Source: a virus
IMG/VR virus record: IMGVR_UViG_3300033156_000380
Reading direction: 5' to 3' (one strand)
Length of the DNA stretch: 33,727 nt
Of this stretch, positions 25,434 to 33,420 are shown one piece after another. Positions within the stretch are counted from its first letter, which is position 1. Each line of letters opens with the position of its first letter. Made by a program: the position numbers and the translations under genes. Below the pieces are notes generated by a model. It worked only from the letters and a program-made list of their open reading frames with translations, ran no database searches and was not told where the DNA came from.

Positions 25434-25462
25434 AATATAGTAATATAGCACATTATAGTCAA
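25434..25462 (-). promoter_or_regulatory. Sigma70-type promoter upstream of the packaging/structural operon
   Basis: Minus strand: TTGACT (25462-25457), 17-nt spacer, TATATT (25439-25434). Confidence 0.5.
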
Positions 25463-25537
25463 TATTATAACATTATGTTCTATTATTAATCATTTTGCTT
25501 TTCCCCTTTCAACTTATATTATTACATAAATATTTCT

Positions 25538-25774
25538 CTACTTTAACAGTCCAATATTATATAAAACCTGAAAATTAAAAGGCAATATGAGAATTACAAG
25601 TATTACCGTTCCCACAAAAAGAAATCCCATCGCCCCGGCTACCCTTGCCTTTTTCCCCTTTTCCCAAACTGCCGATATAAATAGTCCCAATGAAACCAAA
25701 TAGCATATCCATGGTGTCATTATCGACCCGTGCATAAGAAACCATAATTTCATATAGTCATCTCCTTTTTTCAA
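25538..25774 (-). CDS. Small membrane protein (2-3 TMDs), 78 aa
   Basis: ORF track; hydrophobic helices. Confidence 0.55.
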   Translation of the reverse strand: MKKGDDYMKLWFLMHGSIMTPWICYLVSLGLFISAVWEKGKKARVAGAMGFLFVGTVILVILILPFNFQVLYNIGLLK

Positions 25775-25962
25775 TATCCTCCTATTATTTTATCTTCTTT
25801 CAAATTACTTGTAAGTCCATTTCTTATATCCATTATGAAATATGAGTTTATATATTGCATATTTTCTTCAAATCTCTCATTTGACACAAGGCCTGGTAAA
25901 TACTGAAATTCTGGCTTTTTATACCACCATTTTATTTTTTTATATATTTCCCACAGTTTCAT
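25771..25962 (-). CDS. Hypothetical protein, 63 aa
   Basis: ORF track; 4-nt overlaps on both sides. Confidence 0.45.
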   Translation of the reverse strand: MKLWEIYKKIKWWYKKPEFQYLPGLVSNERFEENMQYINSYFIMDIRNGLTSNLKEDKIIGGY

Positions 25963-26159
25963 ATCGTTAAATCATCCCAATCTTTTTTCCCCGTAAATTT
26001 CAATTCTTTTATGTCTTTGTATACTTCATCTTCATAACATGTAAAGCACAATATCATCCCTTCGTATTCATGTGCCCTGTCAATATCTCCCGGCAGTACA
26101 TCAAAACTTATTTTTGCACCGCAAATCTCGCATTCAAGTTCTTCATCGTAATAATACAT
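25959..26159 (-). CDS. Small Zn-ribbon-like protein, 66 aa
   Basis: CEIC...CFTC pairs. Confidence 0.5.
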   Translation of the reverse strand: MYYYDEELECEICGAKISFDVLPGDIDRAHEYEGMILCFTCYEDEVYKDIKELKFTGKKDWDDLTI

Positions 26160-26174
26160 TTTTTATTCCTCCTT

Positions 26175-26549
26175 CTATATTTCCCCATTTACATATTTTG
26201 CAATTTTTGGATGCCGTCTCAAAAACTTTTCATACTTCCAGCATTCGATGTCTGAAATTTTACCGTAACTTGGAAACATCGTGTGCATTCTTGAAACTGC
26301 CGTCAGATTCAGCATAGAATCAATGAACAATGGCCATCGTTTCCTGTTTGCTTTTGTATTATGTGCTCTCGCATGGTGCAATTCCGTCGGTGAATAGTAA
26401 GACCAATTCTTTTCAAATGCAATTGGACATATCCCATTCCCCTTCGCCACTATCGCAGACAATGCTGGCCTGTCTTTGCAATGTTTTCGTATGAATACTC
26501 TTTTTTGATGCTCACACAATATTTTGAACTTTTTTTCATAATTTTTCAT
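26175..26549 (-). CDS. HNH-like endonuclease candidate, 124 aa
   Basis: ELHHARAHN...SMLNLTAVSRMH spacing resembles H-N-H. It lies a few genes upstream of the terminase, as in HK97-like phages. Confidence 0.5.
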   Translation of the reverse strand: MKNYEKKFKILCEHQKRVFIRKHCKDRPALSAIVAKGNGICPIAFEKNWSYYSPTELHHARAHNTKANRKRWPLFIDSMLNLTAVSRMHTMFPSYGKISDIECWKYEKFLRRHPKIAKYVNGEI

Positions 26550-26592
26550 TTTCTCATTTTCCTATATTAATTTTTCTATCTTTTTATTATTT

Positions 26593-26796
26593 TTATACCA
26601 AACCCTTTTTAATCGCAAAAACTATACGTTCATGGTATAAACCTCTTCTTATTGTAATTCTCAATGCCTTCCAGTAATTCAATAAAGAAGCTGGAAGTAG
26701 AGGAGCTGCCCATGCACATAACCAAAAATAAGTAGGCCACAATCTTATGTACACTGGCAACAAATTATTAATCTGTTTCTCAATTTTTTCTTTCAT
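26593..26796 (-). CDS. Small membrane protein, 67 aa
   Basis: ORF track; Trp/Leu-rich hydrophobic core. Confidence 0.5.
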   Translation of the reverse strand: MKEKIEKQINNLLPVYIRLWPTYFWLCAWAAPLLPASLLNYWKALRITIRRGLYHERIVFAIKKGLV

Positions 26797-26843
26797 TTAT
26801 TTTCACCTCCATATAATTTTTATTAATATTAATTCTCATATGC

Positions 26844-27113
26844 CTAATCTTTATTTTCTTTCTTTTTCTTCCTGACCCATTCGTGGACTTTCTTTTCAGA
26901 ACCCCAGCATTCAATGGGTAATTCATTGCAAAGAAAATATGCCCATTCGAACAAGTTTTCCTTATTCACACTATCTGCCATACAACAAACTAGAACAAAA
27001 TTATTCGTCAAGACAGCATATTGAAAGTCTCCTCCTAATATTCCGTTTTCGACGTATTTTTTCATTCCTGCTCTCATATGTTCTGGTATTTTGCTATAAT
27101 CTATATCTTCCAT
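26844..27113 (-). CDS. Hypothetical protein, 89 aa
   Basis: ORF track. Confidence 0.5.
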   Translation of the reverse strand: MEDIDYSKIPEHMRAGMKKYVENGILGGDFQYAVLTNNFVLVCCMADSVNKENLFEWAYFLCNELPIECWGSEKKVHEWVRKKKKENKD

Positions 27114-27157
27114 TTTTTACCTCCATTTTGTTTAAAAATTAATTTTGCTATTTTCAA

Positions 27158-27529
27158 TTAAAATCTCCAATATATATTCCATCTTAATATTTGTGGTGGT
27201 GATATCGGTATTTCAGACATGTGCCATGTATAACCTGCAAAAAAATGCAGGCCAGAGATAGCAAAACAAAATATTTCATTATTTATGAAGTTTAACATTA
27301 ATAGATAACCTATCCCAACCATCTCCAAATGTTCATAATTAAATATTTCAAATATTTTTCTTGCAATAGGGTAGCCTTCTGCATAAACGCCTCCTGGCAT
27401 ATATGGTATTGGTTTATTTATATTTAAAATAGTAATATAGTAATCATGATAGGCATTTATTAACATCTCTTGTTTTTGAATATTTGTAATATTTAAAACA
27501 AGTAATAAAGAGAATATTATGTTTAACAT
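27158..27529 (-). CDS. Membrane protein, 123 aa
   Basis: ORF track; N-terminal signal/anchor and C-terminal hydrophobic helices. Confidence 0.5.
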   Translation of the reverse strand: MLNIIFSLLLVLNITNIQKQEMLINAYHDYYITILNINKPIPYMPGGVYAEGYPIARKIFEIFNYEHLEMVGIGYLLMLNFINNEIFCFAISGLHFFAGYTWHMSEIPISPPQILRWNIYWRF

Positions 27530-27544
27530 TTTATGCCTCTTTTT

Positions 27545-27814
27545 TTATCTATAATTTTCTTTGAACCATTTTATATAATTCTCTATATTACTATCGTCAA
27601 ATGCTTCGGGAACAAACCAACCCCATTCTGTTTCAGGTTTGATACCATTATCAGATAGCCATTTATGATATTTGCCAAGGTGATCAACCCTGTTTTTTGT
27701 ATTGCATCTTATATCTAAATATCTCCCCAACTGTTCATGGTCATTAAGACATATCGAACAATTCTTATTCTTACAAAGTAAGTGGTTTAATCGAGGATAA
27801 TTTAACTTTAACAT
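27545..27814 (-). CDS. Hypothetical protein, 89 aa
   Basis: ORF track. Confidence 0.5.
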   Translation of the reverse strand: MLKLNYPRLNHLLCKNKNCSICLNDHEQLGRYLDIRCNTKNRVDHLGKYHKWLSDNGIKPETEWGWFVPEAFDDSNIENYIKWFKENYR

Positions 27815-27815
27815 T

Positions 27816-28019
27816 TTATGCCTTCTTTCTATTTATTATTTTTGATATATTCGCCATCTTTCTTCTTTTCCTATTTCGTTTTTTAACCTTATGCTCGTGG
27901 AGCATCTTATTATGTTCTTCTCCTCCAATAAATACCAACTGCTTTTTCGGCATTATATCTTTTGAACAGTATTTTGATAAAAATAATATAGAATCTTTCA
28001 TTTTATAAAATCCTTTCAA
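27816..28019 (-). CDS. Hypothetical protein with highly basic C-terminus, 67 aa
   Basis: ORF track. Confidence 0.45.
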   Translation of the reverse strand: MKGFYKMKDSILFLSKYCSKDIMPKKQLVFIGGEEHNKMLHEHKVKKRNRKRRKMANISKIINRKKA

Positions 28020-28380
28020 TAAGTTTTACTTTTTTATACATTTCAGTACCCTCGTGCCAATCTCTATATCTACTTATTATCAACATTCCTTTTTCTAAAG
28101 GAGAACATAATAATAAGGGTGGTAATTTAACTTTACCTTTTACACTAACTTTCCATACTTCAAAGTTATTTGATATAGTAAAATTATAGAAATATTTAAG
28201 AAATTCTAAAGCCGTTTTTAAATTACAAAATACAGTTAAATTATAACCATTTTCTGTACACCATTGGGGAGCTTTTATATACTTTTTTGTAGAATATGTA
28301 ACGCAAGGTTTACCTCGAACAATAGTTGATACAAGCTCACCATTTCTATTATAAACTATTTTAATTTTTTCTTTTTTCAT
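28003..28380 (-). CDS. Hypothetical protein, paralog of 28811..29212, 125 aa
   Basis: Shared motifs Y(N/H)LT(V/A)F, L(E/D)F(L/I), LPPL/LPLPP...C and W(H/P)EGT.M(Y/F)KK(V/I)KL(I/L)E(R/E)I. RBS AAAGGAGG upstream. Confidence 0.6.
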   Translation of the reverse strand: MKKEKIKIVYNRNGELVSTIVRGKPCVTYSTKKYIKAPQWCTENGYNLTVFCNLKTALEFLKYFYNFTISNNFEVWKVSVKGKVKLPPLLLCSPLEKGMLIISRYRDWHEGTEMYKKVKLIERIL

Positions 28381-28594
28381 TAAAAACCTCCTTTTTTTAC
28401 TACATTTTAGGATTTTTCTACCATTCTAAAAATTATTGCCCGCCGGTACAGGCCATTCTCCTGTACACAATTGACTTCACAGTCTATTGCCTACTTTGAG
28501 AAAAATGTGGCCATTATTTTCCTCATTTCATGCATAGTCAATCTACCTGATATAGCGTCTCTCTTCCGCCACGGCGGACAATTAATCGTTCATT

Positions 28595-28798
28595 CTATTC
28601 ATCCCGTTCATTTAATGGATTTTTAACACAATCAAAACAAATATTTTCCCAATGATCAACTTTATATATTGATACCCATCCTCGTTCTTTCATTAATTCT
28701 ACTAACAAATAAAAATCACCATCAGCATCAATTTCCTCTTCATACCCACATATATCACATATTACGTAAAAACTACTATATGTTGCTTTTTCTATCAT
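28595..28798 (-). CDS. Small Zn-ribbon-like protein, 67 aa
   Basis: CDICG...CFDC pairs. Confidence 0.5.
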   Translation of the reverse strand: MIEKATYSSFYVICDICGYEEEIDADGDFYLLVELMKERGWVSIYKVDHWENICFDCVKNPLNERDE

Positions 28799-28810
28799 AT
28801 TGTTGTCCCC

Positions 28811-29212
28811 TTATATTTTTATCTCCTCCAAAAGCTTTATTTTCTTGAACATGACTGTGCCTTCTGGCCAAGTTCGGTTAGGGTCAGGTATAAATTTTGT
28901 ATGATGTGTTAGTACATATATGTCACACATAGGTGGTAACGGTAAAATTTGGTTTTGTCCTTCTGCTTTATATATTTTAAACTTGGAACAAAAGGCTTCA
29001 AAGGTTCTAATGAAATCCAACGTATTTTCATAAGATTTAAACGCAGTCAAGTGATAACATTTCTTTGCAGCTTCTTTTAGGGCTTTAACAAACTTACCAA
29101 CCTTATATTCTACTGATAACTGGCTTTCGTATATTACTACTGATTTTAAATGTTGGTAATCATGTGACGTATATGGCCAAGAATACGGTCGAACTACTTT
29201 CCATATTATCAT
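28811..29212 (-). CDS. Hypothetical protein, paralog of 28003..28380, 133 aa
   Basis: See the paralog motifs listed for 28003..28380. Confidence 0.6.
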   Translation of the reverse strand: MIIWKVVRPYSWPYTSHDYQHLKSVVIYESQLSVEYKVGKFVKALKEAAKKCYHLTAFKSYENTLDFIRTFEAFCSKFKIYKAEGQNQILPLPPMCDIYVLTHHTKFIPDPNRTWPEGTVMFKKIKLLEEIKI

Positions 29213-29224
29213 CTTATTTTCTCC

Positions 29225-29545
29225 TTATATTTTTATCTTTTCATTTGCTGGTTTCTTGAAATTATACCATTTAATTGTATCATCTAATCTATTTTTTGAT
29301 ATTTCTTTTTCGAACTCATTCTCAAACCATTCCTTCGCCTTTTGCCTTGTAGTAAAATCATTTACATTAAGTCCTGTAAATAATTCTGTTATTACCCAGC
29401 GTTTTCTCCACTTTCTTTCCTGCCACCAGCCTACTGCAAATTGAAACCCATATTTTTCACCAAGAAAATATCCTTGTGCTTTTACAAAACTATAATTCTG
29501 TTTTTCCATATTGAAACATCTTATATTATATTCTATTTTTTTCAT
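29225..29545 (-). CDS. Hypothetical Trp-rich protein, 106 aa
   Basis: ORF track. Confidence 0.5.
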   Translation of the reverse strand: MKKIEYNIRCFNMEKQNYSFVKAQGYFLGEKYGFQFAVGWWQERKWRKRWVITELFTGLNVNDFTTRQKAKEWFENEFEKEISKNRLDDTIKWYNFKKPANEKIKI

Positions 29546-30012
29546 TTTATTTCCTCCAAACTTGATATTTTAATTTCCATCCGGTCACTTTCTCCCCTCT
29601 TTCTTCTTTTCTTGTCAACAACAATCCTCAATATATTTCTATCATTCTCAATTATTCCAATTTCCTCAAGTGTATCACATACCATTTTTATTATATTGTC
29701 TATATCTTTATATGTTTCTATCCTCATTCTCATTTCAATGCCTCCCCGGAAGGGTAAGCCTTCCAAGGGAGGTATCTGTTTTTTGATTTCTTTACATAAT
29801 GCTTTGTAACTCCTTCTGTACTTCGGGTCCTGAACCGTTATCATGTATCTGTAAATTGTTCTTAACAATTCTTTCATATTCACATGTCCGGTTTCTGCCA
29901 TTATTCTATACTGTTCGCAAAACTTCCCAGAATTGAACCAAGGTCTTTTGTTGTTATTCACACTCTCAAGTTTTATTTCATCTATCTTTATCCAAACATC
30001 CTTCCCTGTCAT
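29542..30012 (-). CDS. rusA: RusA-like Holliday junction resolvase, 156 aa
   Basis: ESVNNNKR near the N-terminus and YKDIDNIIKMVCDTLEEIGIIENDRNI match the RusA D.DN..K...D.L....i.DD signature. Confidence 0.7.
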   Translation of the reverse strand: MTGKDVWIKIDEIKLESVNNNKRPWFNSGKFCEQYRIMAETGHVNMKELLRTIYRYMITVQDPKYRRSYKALCKEIKKQIPPLEGLPFRGGIEMRMRIETYKDIDNIIKMVCDTLEEIGIIENDRNILRIVVDKKRRKRGESDRMEIKISSLEEIK

Positions 30013-31280
30013 TTTATTTCTCCATTTTCAATATATACTGCACTTCCTTTTCCTTCTGCAACTTTCTCGATCCACACCTGATAGTCCTTCTCCTCTGCCA
30101 TTTTGACAACTTCGCCCATTGACCTCTTATCAAGTAATGACCCGTCATGTATCAGAATTATCCTCAATTCTGGGTTCTGTGCCATCGCTATTGCCATTGA
30201 AACTTTGACTTTTTCTGAAAGTGAAGACAAGTTCTCAAAATCCACACCATTGTACAATATTTGATTTCCTTCTATTTTCAGTCCTTCGATTGGCACTTTT
30301 GCATTCATTATTCTTGCCGTTTTCTCTTTTGCCATTCCTGACATTTCTTTTTCTATCGCATTTATTACTGCATCATATTTTTCCTTTTCCTTCTCCAGTC
30401 TCTTGGTCATATCAATTTTTTCTTTTGCCATCATGTATTGTTCTATCTTTTCCAACTCCCCTTCAAGTTCCTTTGTCTCTTTTTCCTTTTTGTTTGACTT
30501 TTCAATTTGAGTTTTTTCAAGTGTCATTTTCCAATTATCATCCTCAAGTTTTCGCTTCTTTTTCGTCAATAAAATTATTTGCCTGTCTATTTCTGTAATC
30601 TGTTCTGAGTTTCTTTCTATTCTATCGCTTATTATATCTATCCTTGCTCTTTCTTCCCTGACTTTTGAATTCCATTCAACAATTTTTCCTATTTCCTCCA
30701 TGACCTCTTTCCTGCCCCTTTTCGGTTCTGTAATATCTTCTGGTATTCCTGATTGTATTTCTTTATAAGACTTTTCGACTCTATCCCTGTCCCGTTTTAT
30801 TTCTCTCCTTTTTTCATATAATTCATTATACTTCTGTTCCAGATCGTCAATGTCCAACTCCATCACCTTTTTCAGTTCCCTAATCTTCTTTTCCCTGTCC
30901 ATCGCCAAAAACTTCAATGGGTCAAATGCTATCTTCCCTATTTTCCCATCCAGAAATGTCTGCGGAGACTTCGGAGTCATCCCATCTTCTGTTTCAATTT
31001 TCAAATAACTCCTATCTGGATTAGTCCAATACCTTGTCACCACAAATCCCTCAACCGCTACCTTTATAACTGCTTTTTCCTCACCTTTTCGGACAACTCC
31101 TTTTGGAATGAGTTTCTCGCCCCCCAATGCATATGCTATAGCATCGAGGGTTGAACTCTTTCCTTGTGCATTTTTACCCTCGACAACTACAACATTCCCC
31201 TCAGGCTTGATGTCAACAACCTTAATTCTCTTGATGTTCTCAACATGCAATTCCTTTACTCCAAATTTTACCTCTTTCAT
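30009..31280 (-). CDS. SMC/SbcC/RecF-like ATPase with central coiled coil, 423 aa
   Basis: N-terminal VVEGKNAQGKSSTLDAI Walker A, long Glu/Lys coiled coil, and C-terminal RIILIHDGSLLD Walker B-like motif. Confidence 0.75.
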   Translation of the reverse strand: MKEVKFGVKELHVENIKRIKVVDIKPEGNVVVVEGKNAQGKSSTLDAIAYALGGEKLIPKGVVRKGEEKAVIKVAVEGFVVTRYWTNPDRSYLKIETEDGMTPKSPQTFLDGKIGKIAFDPLKFLAMDREKKIRELKKVMELDIDDLEQKYNELYEKRREIKRDRDRVEKSYKEIQSGIPEDITEPKRGRKEVMEEIGKIVEWNSKVREERARIDIISDRIERNSEQITEIDRQIILLTKKKRKLEDDNWKMTLEKTQIEKSNKKEKETKELEGELEKIEQYMMAKEKIDMTKRLEKEKEKYDAVINAIEKEMSGMAKEKTARIMNAKVPIEGLKIEGNQILYNGVDFENLSSLSEKVKVSMAIAMAQNPELRIILIHDGSLLDKRSMGEVVKMAEEKDYQVWIEKVAEGKGSAVYIENGEIK

Positions 31281-31459
31281 ATTACACCTCCTATATTTTT
31301 TTATTGAGTTATCATTTTACATGATAACTTATATTATATACTATTATCACGACGGTTACGGTTATCAGTTATCATATATATATATATATATATGATAACT
31401 GTCTGTAACCGTAACACGCAGTATATATAAGATAACCTTGATAACTGATAATGATAACT
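31281..31459. other. Candidate replication origin: TGATAAC/GTTATCA iterons around an (AT)10 tract
   Basis: Perfect GTTATCA at 31308, 31361 and 31368. Perfect TGATAAC at 31322, 31393, 31439 and 31452, plus partial copies. (AT)10 at 31374-31393 is flanked by an imperfect ~25-nt inverted repeat (GGTTACGGTTATCAGTTATCA / TGATAACTGTCTGTAACCGTAAC). Confidence 0.6.
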
Positions 31460-32668
31460 TCATTTCAAATACCATAATCTTTCTATATTTTCTACCTTTC
31501 CCGACGCCCTTAGTCTTGATAATGTCATTTTAACTGTATTTTTATCTTCTCCCAGCCTATCAACTATTCCACCCAGATACATCCCCCCCCTGTTTTCCTC
31601 GAGCAATCTTAATATTCTTGTTGTTATCGGTACTTTTTGTTCTAATGAAGTCCCCTCGATCGGTATTTCATATATTTCTATTATGTCGGGTTTAAATATT
31701 AGTTTCAGTCCTATCGGTTCGACAAGTTTCATTATATTAGACTTTCTATGGAATATCCCAACCAACAATTCATTCTCCCTGTCATAAGCCTTTGCTATTT
31801 CAAACAGGTTTCTTGCATTGTTCACGAAATATACACTGCCATAAGGTGTTTTTTGTTTTTCATTCGGGTTTTTTGATGTGTGGGTTATTAGAATATTAGT
31901 TGTCCCAAACTCTCGCAATATCGAACAAAGTTTATTTGCACCCATGGCCTCATTCAATTCTATTCCTGTTGCTATTCCAGCCGAATCGACAATAACAACC
32001 TCTACCTTATTCTCAACTATAATTTCCTTGATGTTATTTTCATCATGATGCAATGGAAGACAACATCTCCTGTATAATATTTTCAATCCGCTTAAACCCA
32101 GCCCTTTCAATATTCGTCTGTATTGCCAGTTTATTATTTCTTTGCTGGTCTCATAATCCAGATACAATATGCTTTTGACTTTTTTTTCCAGTTTAAAACT
32201 GTTTATTATACTTTCTTCCTGCATCATTGCAGCCATCATCAGAGCAACAGTAGACTTCCCTATTCCACCCTCTCCATACATTATAGTTAATTGCTTTTCC
32301 ATTACCACGGGGTATAATATCCATTTTGGCATCTCCATATTCCCATTTCCGTCCAAAACAACCACAGGTTCGCCCTGTTCGAACTGCATTGCTGTATATA
32401 CTCTTAATTGCTCTATTATAGTTTCCCAATCTGTTAAATCTTTATATTTATACAGGTCTTTCATGAGATAATTTTTTGATGTGATTGATGAGAAATTAAA
32501 GTTTGACTGGTGAAGATGTGGTTTATAGTTTTTTTCCCACGTCTCTATTCTTATCGCACCATGTATCGAATTCTTCTCATACCGCAAGTTTTTCACAAAT
32601 ATTTTTATCTTTGCCTCTTTCCACAAGAATTCATATCCGAGTATATTTTTAATAATTTCGGGTTGCAT
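31460..32668 (-). CDS. RecA/DnaB-like (AAA_25/RepA-type) replicative helicase candidate with C-terminal winged-helix domain, 402 aa
   Basis: Walker A YGEGGIGKST, Walker B VVIVDSAG, and a C-terminal LRLLEENRGGMYLGGIVDRLGEDKNTVKMTLSRLRASGKV wHTH-like segment. Confidence 0.8.
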   Translation of the reverse strand: MQPEIIKNILGYEFLWKEAKIKIFVKNLRYEKNSIHGAIRIETWEKNYKPHLHQSNFNFSSITSKNYLMKDLYKYKDLTDWETIIEQLRVYTAMQFEQGEPVVVLDGNGNMEMPKWILYPVVMEKQLTIMYGEGGIGKSTVALMMAAMMQEESIINSFKLEKKVKSILYLDYETSKEIINWQYRRILKGLGLSGLKILYRRCCLPLHHDENNIKEIIVENKVEVVIVDSAGIATGIELNEAMGANKLCSILREFGTTNILITHTSKNPNEKQKTPYGSVYFVNNARNLFEIAKAYDRENELLVGIFHRKSNIMKLVEPIGLKLIFKPDIIEIYEIPIEGTSLEQKVPITTRILRLLEENRGGMYLGGIVDRLGEDKNTVKMTLSRLRASGKVENIERLWYLK

Positions 32669-32976
32669 ATATCTATTCCCCCCCTGTGGTCTTTCATAAT
32701 ATTTTTTGGTTTGCTTTTTGTTAATATTTCTTTTTTAGGGTTATGACTGAAATCAATGCTTTCAAAAATACCTAAAAGTCGCAATGCTTGTACTATTTCT
32801 TCAAAAGAACATCCGGCAAAACAGTGCATTAAAACCCGATCCCCTTCCTGCCGAATTGAAAGAGAAGGGTTGTTGTCAGGATGTGCTGGACATCGTGCCC
32901 GCCATTTGTTGTTTCCGACCCTTTTGCCTTGCAATTTTTTTGCTATTTCCTCGCCAGTTACAAACATTTTTATCAT
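32605..32976 (-). CDS. Primase-type zinc-ribbon protein (Zn-binding domain of primase-helicases), 123 aa
   Basis: WRARCPAHPDNNPSLSIRQEGDRVLMHCFAGCSFEEIVQAL matches the C-H-C-C zinc domain seen at the N-terminus of P4-alpha/plasmid primase-helicases. The 3' end overlaps the helicase ORF by 64 nt. Confidence 0.7.
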   Translation of the reverse strand: MIKMFVTGEEIAKKLQGKRVGNNKWRARCPAHPDNNPSLSIRQEGDRVLMHCFAGCSFEEIVQALRLLGIFESIDFSHNPKKEILTKSKPKNIMKDHRGGIDICNPKLLKIYSDMNSCGKRQR

Positions 32977-33018
32977 CCTTTTTATAAAAATAGAATATAT
33001 AAATTCTTACCATATAAT

Positions 33019-33105
33019 GCCTCGCCTCACCCCACCTTATCGTACCAAACCGGACATTGCCTTATCCCACCACACTTGACCTTATCCCTTCCCACCAAAC
33101 CGCAC
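33019..33105. repeat. Phased C-rich (plus strand) repeat array R1 upstream of the Zn-ribbon gene
   Basis: CCTTATC at 33035, 33060 and 33080. ACCAAACCG at 33044 and 33094 (50 bp apart). GCCTCGCCTCACC at 33019. The minus strand reads GGT/GTG at about 10-nt intervals. Confidence 0.7.
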
Positions 33106-33109
33106 TCTA

Positions 33110-33376
33110 TTATTTCTTTGCATCTGGCAACATTTTCGGCAATGTTGCTCTTATATATCTCTCTCTTATTTCGGGATTTGTGAAAGCCATACCTATCATC
33201 TTCAATTTTTGGTCAATGGCTATTCTATCGTTTACCATGTATGAATGTTTTACTCTCAATGCAATATTTGCCTTTTGATATAATCTGCCGAATTCTTTTG
33301 CTTCGCATTTTCTTGCATCTGCATCTAAAAAATCCATAATTGCCTTGTCTGATTTTTCAAGCATTACATCATTCAT
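33110..33376 (-). CDS. Hypothetical helical protein flanked on both sides by the phased arrays, 88 aa
   Basis: ORF track; RBS ATAGGAGGATTATT upstream of the ATG at 33376. Confidence 0.55.
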   Translation of the reverse strand: MNDVMLEKSDKAIMDFLDADARKCEAKEFGRLYQKANIALRVKHSYMVNDRIAIDQKLKMIGMAFTNPEIRERYIRATLPKMLPDAKK

Positions 33377-33420
33377 AATAATCCTCCTATTTATATAATT
33401 TTTAATAACGCAAACATTAC

